IMG/VR virus record: IMGVR_UViG_3300025132_000025
From: an uncultured virus (IMG/VR IMGVR_UViG_3300025132_000025)
Lineage: Duplodnaviria > Heunggongvirae > Uroviricota > Caudoviricetes
Length of the DNA stretch: 20,000 bases
Direction: 5' to 3' (one strand)
Part shown: piece after piece, positions 12,001 to 16,024 of the stretch
How the letters are laid out: each line of letters begins with the position of its first letter
Position numbering within the stretch: position 1 is the stretch's first letter
Notes under the pieces: model-generated
The model's database searches: none
What the model saw: the letters and a program-made list of their open reading frames with translations, nothing else
Told to the model about the DNA's origin: nothing
Made by a program: the position numbers and the translations under genes

Positions 12001-12459
12001 CGTTATCAAGAACTTGAGTCATGGCAGCAGGCAAATATAAAACGTGGTTTAGGTGAGGTAGCAAGTTTCTATTTCTTATCTATGTTAGGAATAGCATTCT
12101 TTGGAATGGACGACGAACCGGAAGAAAGATCAGCAGTAGACTGGTATGCACTTTATTCAATTAAGAGAGTACAGTCAGAGCTTGCATTCTATAATCCATT
12201 AGGGTCATCATTCTACGAGATTCTAAGAACACCTGCTGCGAACTTAACTACAATAGAAGCGTATAGTAAATTATTAGGACAAGCATGGGATGACTCATGG
12301 TCTGTAATATTAGGCGGAGATGTAGAAAGATACAAAAGAAAGACAGGACGATATGAGAAAGGCGATGCTAAGATTAATAAATACATACGTAATGTTTTAC
12401 CATTCAAAGAGCTTGGGACAGATCCTAAAGATAAGATTAAGTTCTTTGATTTAAAATAA
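1..12459 (+). CDS. Giant virion-associated RNA polymerase polyprotein of a crAss-like phage (5'-partial; first in-window ATG at 10)
   Basis: Frame is open from base 1 (TCT AAA TTT ATG...) to TAA at 12457-12459. Catalytic DFDIDK (DxDxD variant typical of crAss-like vRNAPs such as phi14:2 gp66) at 5803-5820, preceded by GYRIPTQ (5680-5700). Beta-like motifs TDAQGY (4549-4566), IKHS (~4774-4785) and FESAVK (~4909-4926). Additional zincin-like and nuclease domains are listed separately. Confidence 0.93.
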   Translation, partial: SKFMRENPGQDIPATIAGKTGGYVINLKHEGKSIQQNLDILGPDVIFGIDLGGQGVNYNNTNENNFESEFTEQGYLYARIKAANGKYIPVRLQTNTLSDKAVQILLDTLIADNLTAEDKQLLVEQIVHLPRGTNADAQFKLGGKTNKTFAASFDVTMDNFQIKFPFRGGVIGIQYNMEGKDGNARNNLLNALEGKEFLYKAYDAQGNIIPITGNEITSTHENTGKKNTLRNSSALQVTPTEVRDALVEHLKSKVYNIQKSKINTKEEYRNPLSDTSFANYDTFLKEMDIVSTDIPGAGQQQFSHSRLYLNIPESSFTPEDKTAPEFIKDDSKIELIPVPEPEGEFDVVSSSEPSLSDVLGGEPVIQEEGNEVAQSNELTDVVAAWLQTPEGSLDNQTAEQSAGKFAVEFSKRSELSKKIAEKADEDVTGGDLFDMIGQGMNVMDKVQKEIERQKSSKLISSSQNKISQQINEVDPSKDDDFDIKLRQYEQVGPGYDLMTETEKQWVLDRFGEEALDIVNRVKYMTLKDGRQAWGYYHNGLMTVAEGAMAGTAYWEAFRRIYDLHLTEDEKSSIELEAIEKYGQNADIETKLAEDFKDYMLTENAEGFGAAIKRFFRDLMYHIKNMLGMRSEIEYLFRDLNKREFTKYTAKEAAELSQASAPKLREKRGYNLDQSREIVKNINYKLAEALKAKYAKKAEDAKNVTEAEREQIKEQWRESLTNPNELKGAYESIRQQWEAAGKRLSQSEDVNQKNKGINAVNATKPDVWYDVLDEFGNVISPGFQSLAVRGLRSQFGVKYTIKKGGEINYTNPVVEEPITDEDTDIVEEGLQSKEKLHGVNFYNTPVKQTLSKDIKFELGFITEQDSKGNTIYGKVLGLPTYMEFDEVYAYLSVNLANVPQGKVIAKLAELAESGHHMVEQVLQIYTKANKQWQNKFVSHFNKQNIRFKTLILAPNGTVKVVHTNRNGLEQQIIRRWVDNRNETEIYNPTTGKEDALSAPAITKLQELYDLTTKLSRENANKRDYLKAFKNTLDYAGIRLSDEAYLAMLKDETLTVRDINSYMVGNSSFEHIMKALLKFQNPYMKGSAETGALRRLAKLDASFRIDNYVASFMSGAKKPIYSINLNTYDSKTTLELRSDETYENAILTRFRDKFYSPSENNRHVILGLLLAYPEVREAFQLSTFDVVREASNGGKASSYSQMSDSLSAVTRFAMFFNSGLSFGEFNTGTKGDKTQSKYITLPKISPRSKYNLWRSNSLGREGYVDTAVNLLMPAVFGELARISKVNKQLFGPNPISLDEQIEYLHYAKEKGDNLGQGLRFVQFPTLNTSDFFTESGRLRENETMNLSVEQLTLIKTKVREYVEQQIEATLETLVETGAVSKTEGGVYKNELLPGQAIEGKTTAAEGILPALLEFAINDIVYKPYISTTFGPDLAYYKADSTGNPIIEAGKRAYQSVTPGIDAVWNEDKQYGLPSKFNHAIIEDVFVNSEESILKILKDANVSDKTAKRIAAAYRRINSTDAQGYTTLEFHKKQMESDGSWTPAHDIAYEKYWSKGLMGDSKARALLLDPRKTYYFGERLVIDSQGNESIVWEQIKHSTIPLLREFTEQFKETPGDKKVTLNQLRIRMERKDSPIDMVNFESAVKIGAAGKLNLNINNLDTIKVNQLETRHLRSPQVIETKTKAPLDGTQMAKLILANISPSATYNMFGSEMSGADVLDLYNAAYAERIARSHNKLEQSLGVTAYRDAVNNRNTMTVDQFNKAQLDFLLRVRDVVTNSLEQRDLPSNYYAALDIQRLVDDVNAYGFEAPLSFPPFAKRFESILLSLFKNQVLKQNFNGMSVVQVAEFGYEIDNRLQIKPHENGGVYAEVALPYELATKIGLKPGEVVDGSDIYDLIGYRIPTQGKNSMLSLKVVKILPENMGGVIMLPAEITTMMGSDFDIDKMYLMMPELSKDKSKISAFDLARYNEKKSFEGLSDKALTNVLFDLRQGIITSRNHLVEQLDPLDSPTYENKLKEYESKGLITSLANMNINSFAADIYLEKINKDAGMLIGIFSLHSTGHSVAQQVGLEINEGFGINIRVDGKKTHTSLSKIEGFDGRFISSYLSEDQNESLDNAKYQRIGRVNVTVYNSNVVALLNRAGFSNDIVLDFINQPIMRQFFEKRYKADPSVTDIQIAKEIANSYNLGVEFDNMREGDIGFTPTANYLSESLRANMMDPGVARDQIQLLSDYLNYSKVGRDLALFNTVVSPETLKNLSRLSFIENYQGKIEYLNGPGSSLTLANSTARIEAYQKFGLQAAVDFVSEFVPYNKPGYTELKHQIAEATGQRNNILSPELTDVINSMGLYWALTKKGSPFSSMIYENSEAVRKLLFTKENSLIQHMEKIKNKYGLQNDIFLGMLFGHESNVNVDNYLQLIAFNNTSKLGVDQLDAITNRWAELLVDERSEVRTLAQNLAKYAVLTSGFMLGPNSFVDLVPMSYWKSSGLTEYFRKEERGMSYENYFTGAAEQIIRNMFTEQGLLMTVDNKNVETSDQVRKDYKLGKNEYFIHQDSNPQLITEKADNSRGYVNYFKSFMNDKFRLFKFRYKTERGAVYEEIAPLGERFRLVEMQADNAVVESMNPINQVINPTVAPKTELTLDEMTENQQTNLTDLLQLTPTIKEATLNTLDQRIEQWLMEHFGIPVQKYDNLKKKLGVDAIGMADMLNRAVLVDNNRDKYTLSEEAGHFYVEMMDNASMNRLLELVRQTKTFQTVKEDYKHIYNTELDFQKEAAGKILSKYLVGQYEGEAVTEDYGSGLLGTLAKVWDAIKRFFSGRRGQVNALNEQLTEILGPAADAIINGINPGGLSIDNIGVNKYYALEKSNFEFRNAKGEKLNAADLLRRGAQAASSKIPYLRQFTEKDKMDKLIDESENILPPTEASPYYEQDGVKMNRVSRVMEIFQEPFAQQEMAEKVANINKKAGNEFDTADKVQKLWDFLRDDMGTGIHTIAEGIINKSDMSMILDGLPQRHRTAFEGVIPSIREWVRNKEATGSTLYSEVRLADKQDLIAGTADIIEVTSNGKKIIHDFKTKMRGKFSNITKKLPAFKGPLAGIQNTMLNKYRIQQSLYKYIIEEKGIAIDGLNIVPIEADVSIDNNGQIFFTNAGLNTETTPNMNKLKDLDPIPKKTIKKMIEFIAPNHDAMMKEDQYNQVLKVLQKTKGILERKIKLYSKDQGNSDYANRLQEIFNEMEELNEKEGLVLFTKRAVFDLNNAHRRLNQLKKDDALNPRVLLQIKDFANAYGILEEITLMAPLLAESGYENLLEKYVMPAIAKRNLILEDINSLLRPLIAEKFASLTSNPEYKNNPDKFMEELQLAGGDITWLARWLDALGDSNDPSLAMVDKMVTIQRGKVNKAEYDLVHGEGGLLDLTKKLEDFQSSRGISIWKYRELFNFMLEQDEQGNLTGYIVQNYTPEFRAAKDKFMNEKLDDGYALNEIQWASFFQEDNTKNRYNKWLKNAPETYKSKKIEEINNMEESDPRKQYYDFYMKHYDEAQSFLPKSYQRGKALPGLRATQAERWFMNPEHDGVFRGSANAIREKMLEVFGKAQDNILWGEYVDAAGDPMSYIPVHYSTRIGNQEGQLSPADVSYDLTSSLKMYYTMATNFNEMQQILPEIEAAKELVRTRRVKKLKSGMPVPDAVTGEDVSIAGIDSKAYQRLEDYFNMVVYGKRKKMGGAVTIFGKTTNADQISDALLQIGSLRVLAMNDKAAVANVAFGSLMNFTEAWAGQFFTLKNWTKAKQKYLAYTSTDQMGGTGIIADALSRAPRSKLGQMNELFNVLQEFDEYGRKLSPKKLGLRMNSGALYFMMSAGEHMIQSQLAMAMMFNKTFKTSKGTINLWDAYSIGEKGKLVLDPEVASQFSEQDRILFSEKIQALYQRLHGIYNEKDKAAIQQYAAGRWALQFRKWLRPGYRRRFEGAEKLFYDKESDRKGPNYNERLESYMEGNYVTAVKFIGQLGRDFKRLHFFTMRKRYQELESWQQANIKRGLGEVASFYFLSMLGIAFFGMDDEPEERSAVDWYALYSIKRVQSELAFYNPLGSSFYEILRTPAANLTTIEAYSKLLGQAWDDSWSVILGGDVERYKRKTGRYEKGDAKINKYIRNVLPFKELGTDPKDKIKFFDLK
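1490..1930 (+). other. Degenerate zincin-like (HExxH-family) domain 1 within the giant ORF
   Basis: AWGYYHNG...GTAYWEAFRRIY (W at 1660-1662, R at 1672-1674 where the two His of HEAFH are expected), followed by ETKLAEDFKDY (the E-x-LAE-x-F third-ligand helix) and IKRFFRDL. Confidence 0.65.
4300..6460 (+). other. Two-barrel (double-psi beta-barrel) RNA polymerase catalytic region within the giant ORF; boundaries approximate
   Basis: Ordered motifs TDAQG, KHS, ESAVK, RIPTQ, GSDFDIDK and ESLDNAK all lie in one reading frame. Confidence 0.88.
7975..8430 (+). other. Zincin-like domain 2 (EExxH variant) within the giant ORF
   Basis: TLSEEAGHFYVE (EEAGH at 8146-8160), downstream KEAAGKIL and LAKVWDAIKRFF. 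This is the same architecture as domain 1. Confidence 0.6.
8746..9360 (+). other. PD-(D/E)xK (RecB/Cas4/AddB-like) nuclease domain within the giant ORF
   Basis: RVSRV, GTGIH (8926-8940), YSEVRL, IAGTADII (9121-9144), IHDFKT (9172-9189) and KYRIQQSLY (9277-9303) give the complete motif series of RecB-like nucleases. Confidence 0.85.
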
Positions 12460-12465
12460 ATGTGA

Positions 12466-12843
12466 ATGAACGATGATTTAGAGAATTACTTTTACAATAA
12501 TGAAGACCCAGATTTAGATCTTCTTAAAGATGAAGAGCGTGAATACATACGAAAACAATCCATGGAAAACACTTATACTCTTATCGTTAATAATTACGAT
12601 TTTGAAGTTTTTCCTGATAGGTTATTCTGGCTCCTTACAGATTTTGATGAAATAACAGTATTTGATGTACTTATGGAATACTTTATTGAAGAGGAGGAAT
12701 ACGAAAAATGCGCTGTTCTAGTCCAAATGAAAGAGAGGCACAAGAGGTGGGACGAGTCCCGTGCAGCAAAAAGGGGGAAATTCACTTATAAACTTGATAT
12801 AAACTTAGGAGAAGGAGATGAGGAAGACTCACCACTATATTAA
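12466..12843 (+). CDS. Small acidic hypothetical protein with a UVR (UvrB/UvrC-motif)-like segment
   Basis: 125-aa ORF 6 nt after the giant ORF stop. LMEYFIEEEEYEKCAVLVQMK (12670-12732) resembles the UVR coiled-coil consensus E-(D/E)-YE-x-AA-x-LRD. Both termini are acidic. Confidence 0.7.
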   Translation: MNDDLENYFYNNEDPDLDLLKDEEREYIRKQSMENTYTLIVNNYDFEVFPDRLFWLLTDFDEITVFDVLMEYFIEEEEYEKCAVLVQMKERHKRWDESRAAKRGKFTYKLDINLGEGDEEDSPLY

Positions 12844-13428
12844 ATTTAGTGGTAAGTCTTCATTTATCCCCATCAGTTCTTTGAACTCGCTTTTATCAAA
12901 TAATTCTTCATCTTTAATCACAATAGGCCATACTTCTGATTTTTGTGGCAACTCCGCGTCTAGTTTTTCTTCCCAGTACTGACGGAGGCTCTTATCCTTA
13001 TCGAGGATTAACGGCATAGGGCTATTTGGTTTACGATGCCTCATTATACGAATTTTAGCGGGGTGAGAAAGCTTCGAGTACTTTCCCTCCATAAACTTAT
13101 TAAAATCATCAATAAATGTTGGTCCAATAGTAAATACAAACATTATGTATCTACCACGGAACAACGAATAAGATGTTTTAAAATGTTCATTTTTTTCTAA
13201 CTCTTTTTCCAGTTCATAAAATGTAATATGTCCACTATATTTTAGTAATACAAATACATCAGGTGATTCTAAATCCCAGTCTAGCATACTTACATCGCCA
13301 AGATATGCGTTTACTAGATAGGGATCTAAATCAGCTTTTGAATAGCCGGTCAAAGGGAAGATAAAATCAACAGTTTTTGTTGGTTTAATCACTCTTTGAA
13401 GTTTCTCTAATTCTTGAGATAGCTTCAT
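12835..13428 (-). CDS. Hypothetical phage protein (197 aa)
   Basis: Clean ORF whose start overlaps the upstream nuclease gene by 44 nt. Contains FMEGKYSKL. No catalytic motif recognised. Confidence 0.8.
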   Translation of the reverse strand: MKLSQELEKLQRVIKPTKTVDFIFPLTGYSKADLDPYLVNAYLGDVSMLDWDLESPDVFVLLKYSGHITFYELEKELEKNEHFKTSYSLFRGRYIMFVFTIGPTFIDDFNKFMEGKYSKLSHPAKIRIMRHRKPNSPMPLILDKDKSLRQYWEEKLDAELPQKSEVWPIVIKDEELFDKSEFKELMGINEDLPLNLI

Positions 13429-14404
13429 CCGATAGTTTAATTTTAATTATACCATTATTATTATAATACTCCATTGGGTAATCCCAACGGTTGTGGTCTT
13501 GATGCCATTTAAGCCTTTCTAACAAGCTCTCAAACTCATCAATGGCGATAGATAAGTCAAGGTTATCAGGCTCATATACCACACACTCATGAAGACCAGT
13601 AGTTTGTAATGCTACAATTAAGACTTTAAAATCATAGTCCATAGGTTCTAATCCTCTCTCTTTCATATATGCTATGACAGCGAGTTTATAGATTGCTATT
13701 TGCCTATAATATCCATAAGATGTATAAGATCTTATAAAATTATATGGGCTTTTAGACGTAGTTTTTAAATCCGTAATCGTAACTAACTTCTTGTCTTCAT
13801 CAAGTATTAAGTTATCAATAATTGATTTAATTGTAAAATCTCCGTGAGTCCAAAGAATTTCTTTTTCTGGTTCAGCTCCAACAGGATTTAATACAGTACT
13901 TGCTACTGCATGTCTTCTTGCTGCATCTGAACAGAGTATTATTGTTTCCATCTCTTCTTGAGATAAAACATGCTTGCCTTGCGCCTCCAATAAAAAACTT
14001 AAATAACTTTTATTTTCAGGTTGATCTAGTTTCTTAATCACAGTGGCTAGCGGAATCTTAAATCCAGCTATATCATAACAATGTTGATATAACTCTTCTT
14101 CGTTTTGTAATACAAACTCAGCTGGAGTATCTTCCGTAGAATCATAAACAGATTCTAATACATATTTTTCATTCTCTACAAGAGCGTGGATAAATTTACC
14201 CATCATTCCTCCAATAACAGAACCTTCAGATACGATATATCTATTATTGAATTCACTATTTTCTAATATATAACAATGAATAGCACTACCAAGGTCTAAA
14301 TAACGACTATCGTTTACTAATTCTCTGTTTACATATTTCTTAAAATATTCAGGGCTTACTTTGAGTGCACTCAGTGAAGAGTGGCTAACGTGTTTTATTT
14401 CCAT
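13385..14404 (-). CDS. PD-(D/E)xK exonuclease, RecE/exonuclease VIII (DUF3799)-like
   Basis: SHSSL, LGSAIHCYILE, EKEI, KSIIDNL, DLKTT and YYRQIAIY motifs in the expected order. Confidence 0.85.
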   Translation of the reverse strand: MEIKHVSHSSLSALKVSPEYFKKYVNRELVNDSRYLDLGSAIHCYILENSEFNNRYIVSEGSVIGGMMGKFIHALVENEKYVLESVYDSTEDTPAEFVLQNEEELYQHCYDIAGFKIPLATVIKKLDQPENKSYLSFLLEAQGKHVLSQEEMETIILCSDAARRHAVASTVLNPVGAEPEKEILWTHGDFTIKSIIDNLILDEDKKLVTITDLKTTSKSPYNFIRSYTSYGYYRQIAIYKLAVIAYMKERGLEPMDYDFKVLIVALQTTGLHECVVYEPDNLDLSIAIDEFESLLERLKWHQDHNRWDYPMEYYNNNGIIKIKLSDEAISRIRETSKSD

Positions 14405-14891
14405 TTGATTTCTTTTTTTTATATTCAGTTATTATAAATACTAATTTTCTATTTTCTAGCCTTTCTACAGGAATAAATTCAATTTCTCCTGTATTAGGGA
14501 TGACAGCACAGTTGTCATCATCAATAAGACCCATTTCTACAATAGTATCTTGAAAAGCTTTTATCCAGATCCATAGATTATCTACATCCCATTTGGGTTG
14601 ATAACCTTTTTTAGGTGGACGCCATCTTAAATCACCTTTATACATTCTAATGTCACCATGATTAATCACAGTGTGTACCTCTAATTTTACTTTAAGAGGA
14701 GCCATTTTTCTTATATCTAATCCGTTAGGAATATACTGTTGTATATAAGTATGCATTCTTCTTACAATAAGAGAACGCAAATGATGGTTCATTCCAGTAT
14801 AAAGACGTTGACCGTTAATTTTAACCCATTTAGTTTTTGTTTTTGCTATATGAGTAATAAAATGCGGGATCTCAATCTTTAATTGTTTCAT
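14385..14891 (-). CDS. rusA: RusA-like Holliday junction resolvase
   Basis: KWDVDNL...KAFQDTIVEMGLIDDDN matches the RusA pattern D-x-DN-x(n)-K-x3-D-x6-I-x-DD. Confidence 0.8.
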   Translation of the reverse strand: MKQLKIEIPHFITHIAKTKTKWVKINGQRLYTGMNHHLRSLIVRRMHTYIQQYIPNGLDIRKMAPLKVKLEVHTVINHGDIRMYKGDLRWRPPKKGYQPKWDVDNLWIWIKAFQDTIVEMGLIDDDNCAVIPNTGEIEFIPVERLENRKLVFIITEYKKKKSNGNKTR

Positions 14892-14906
14892 AATTCAGTT
14901 TAAAGC

Positions 14907-14969
14907 GTAAGGGAGAGCCCCCCATAGTGACAAATGGAGGAAACACTATGAAATGGGGACTCTTCTTAC
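14907..14969 (-). promoter_or_regulatory. Intergenic imperfect hairpin A (between rIIB and rusA)
   Basis: Minus-strand RNA pairs GUAAG/CUUAC, AGAGUCCCC/GGGGGCUCU and CAUAGUG/CACUAUG, with an AUUU bulge and a 14-nt loop UUUCCUCCAUUUGU. No U-tract follows. The inverted repeat is seen directly; its function is inferred. Confidence 0.6.
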
Positions 14970-14979
14970 TAATTTATAA

Positions 14980-15990
14980 TTACGCCATCAAGCTAGCAGC
15001 GATCTCAGAGTTTTGAGCCAATTCAGTCTCAAGTTCTTTAATCTGCTCTCTTTTAGCGGACTCGTATTCTCGTAAATCTGTCTTCATTTGCTTATTATCA
15101 AATGCAGTATAGTCAGACTCAAGATACACATTCTCATTTTCGCCATTACTAATAGCAATAGGAAAATATTCACATGTTCTCATCTTCGTATTATTGTAAT
15201 CAGTCGGAACTGCTACAACATTGCGAGGACTTACAAGAACTTCTAGAATTACACCTTCACTGTATCCAAAATCATGAACGTATTCCATTGACCCTACATG
15301 GAGGCCTCTGGAACAAGTACGTTCAGGATCTGGATCACAATCTTCTCTCGGCATAGTAATTGGTGTACCACACTTAATTACCATTCCATGCGCACCACTA
15401 TGGTACGGAGCAAAAGTTAGTGACTGTGTATATTTCTCTTCTTGCTCTCCAGTATCAGAATTGTATTTGAACTGAACCTTCTCCTCACCGGTCTCAGTAT
15501 CATATACTTTCTTTACTTTACAAGCTTTATAAGCTAAGAAATAACCCTTATCTGTAATGGGATGTCCATTATGCTCTAAGAAACCGTATAATTGTCTTCT
15601 AACAGACTTATCAGGGTTTAACAATAGATGCTTCCAGAAATTGATCAAACCATCTAACGGCACACCTTCTTCAAGCCATTTCATAAGTTTCTTCGCAAGG
15701 AAGTTAGGAATAGGATCAGTTGTACCTTTAAGATACATCTTATTTCCTCCATCAAACTCAAAACGGCCATCAGTAGCATGCTGAATGCGGTTTGCTGGGG
15801 TAAGTAGGGTTTTTACTTTCTCCAGTATAGCGTTACGTTCATCTTGATCTCTTGATACATTAAAGCTTCTAGCAAGCGCTATAACTTGGTCAGCTTCTTT
15901 AAATTGTTTAGAGATACTTTTTGGTAGTCCATCGATAATAATTTGAACATCATCTTTACCGATTTTACAGACTAAATAGGAATTTGTCAT
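14980..15990 (-). CDS. rIIB: RIIB-like protein (T4 rIIB family)
   Basis: FWKHLLLNP, LYGFL, PITDKGYFLAYK, CSRGLHVG, VSPRNVVAVPTDY and KMRTCEY are characteristic rIIB C-terminal motifs. The gene lies directly downstream of an rIIA-like gene. Confidence 0.9.
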   Translation of the reverse strand: MTNSYLVCKIGKDDVQIIIDGLPKSISKQFKEADQVIALARSFNVSRDQDERNAILEKVKTLLTPANRIQHATDGRFEFDGGNKMYLKGTTDPIPNFLAKKLMKWLEEGVPLDGLINFWKHLLLNPDKSVRRQLYGFLEHNGHPITDKGYFLAYKACKVKKVYDTETGEEKVQFKYNSDTGEQEEKYTQSLTFAPYHSGAHGMVIKCGTPITMPREDCDPDPERTCSRGLHVGSMEYVHDFGYSEGVILEVLVSPRNVVAVPTDYNNTKMRTCEYFPIAISNGENENVYLESDYTAFDNKQMKTDLREYESAKREQIKELETELAQNSEIAASLMA

Positions 15991-15994
15991 TTTA

Positions 15995-16024
15995 CAAATT
16001 TAATAATTAATTAAACACTAGCAA
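15995..16024 (-). promoter_or_regulatory. Possible Bacteroidota sigma70-type promoter (TTG-N19-TAnnTTTG) in front of rIIB
   Basis: Minus strand: TTG (16024-16022), 19-nt spacer, TAAATTTG (16002-15995), then 4 nt before the rIIB ATG. The AT-rich context makes a chance match plausible. Confidence 0.3.

Noticed and set aside
171..12407. Short minus-strand ORFs inside the giant gene (171-488, 519-770, 2046-2270, 5517-5855, 6945-7145, 8817-9266, 9870-10316, 12213-12407)
   Set aside because: They are antisense shadows of the coding strand, with Ser/Leu/Ile/Phe-rich composition and no recognisable motifs.
14907..14969. Hairpins A and B as ordinary rho-independent terminators, tRNAs or CRISPR repeats
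   Set aside because: The stems are long and bulged with 10-14-nt loops and no U-tract on the coding strand. There is no cloverleaf or TTC arm, and there are only two diverged copies 4.5 kb apart with no spacer array.
16004..16013. AT palindrome TAATTAATTA at the rIIA stop
   Set aside because: It is short, purely A/T, and expected by chance in this composition.
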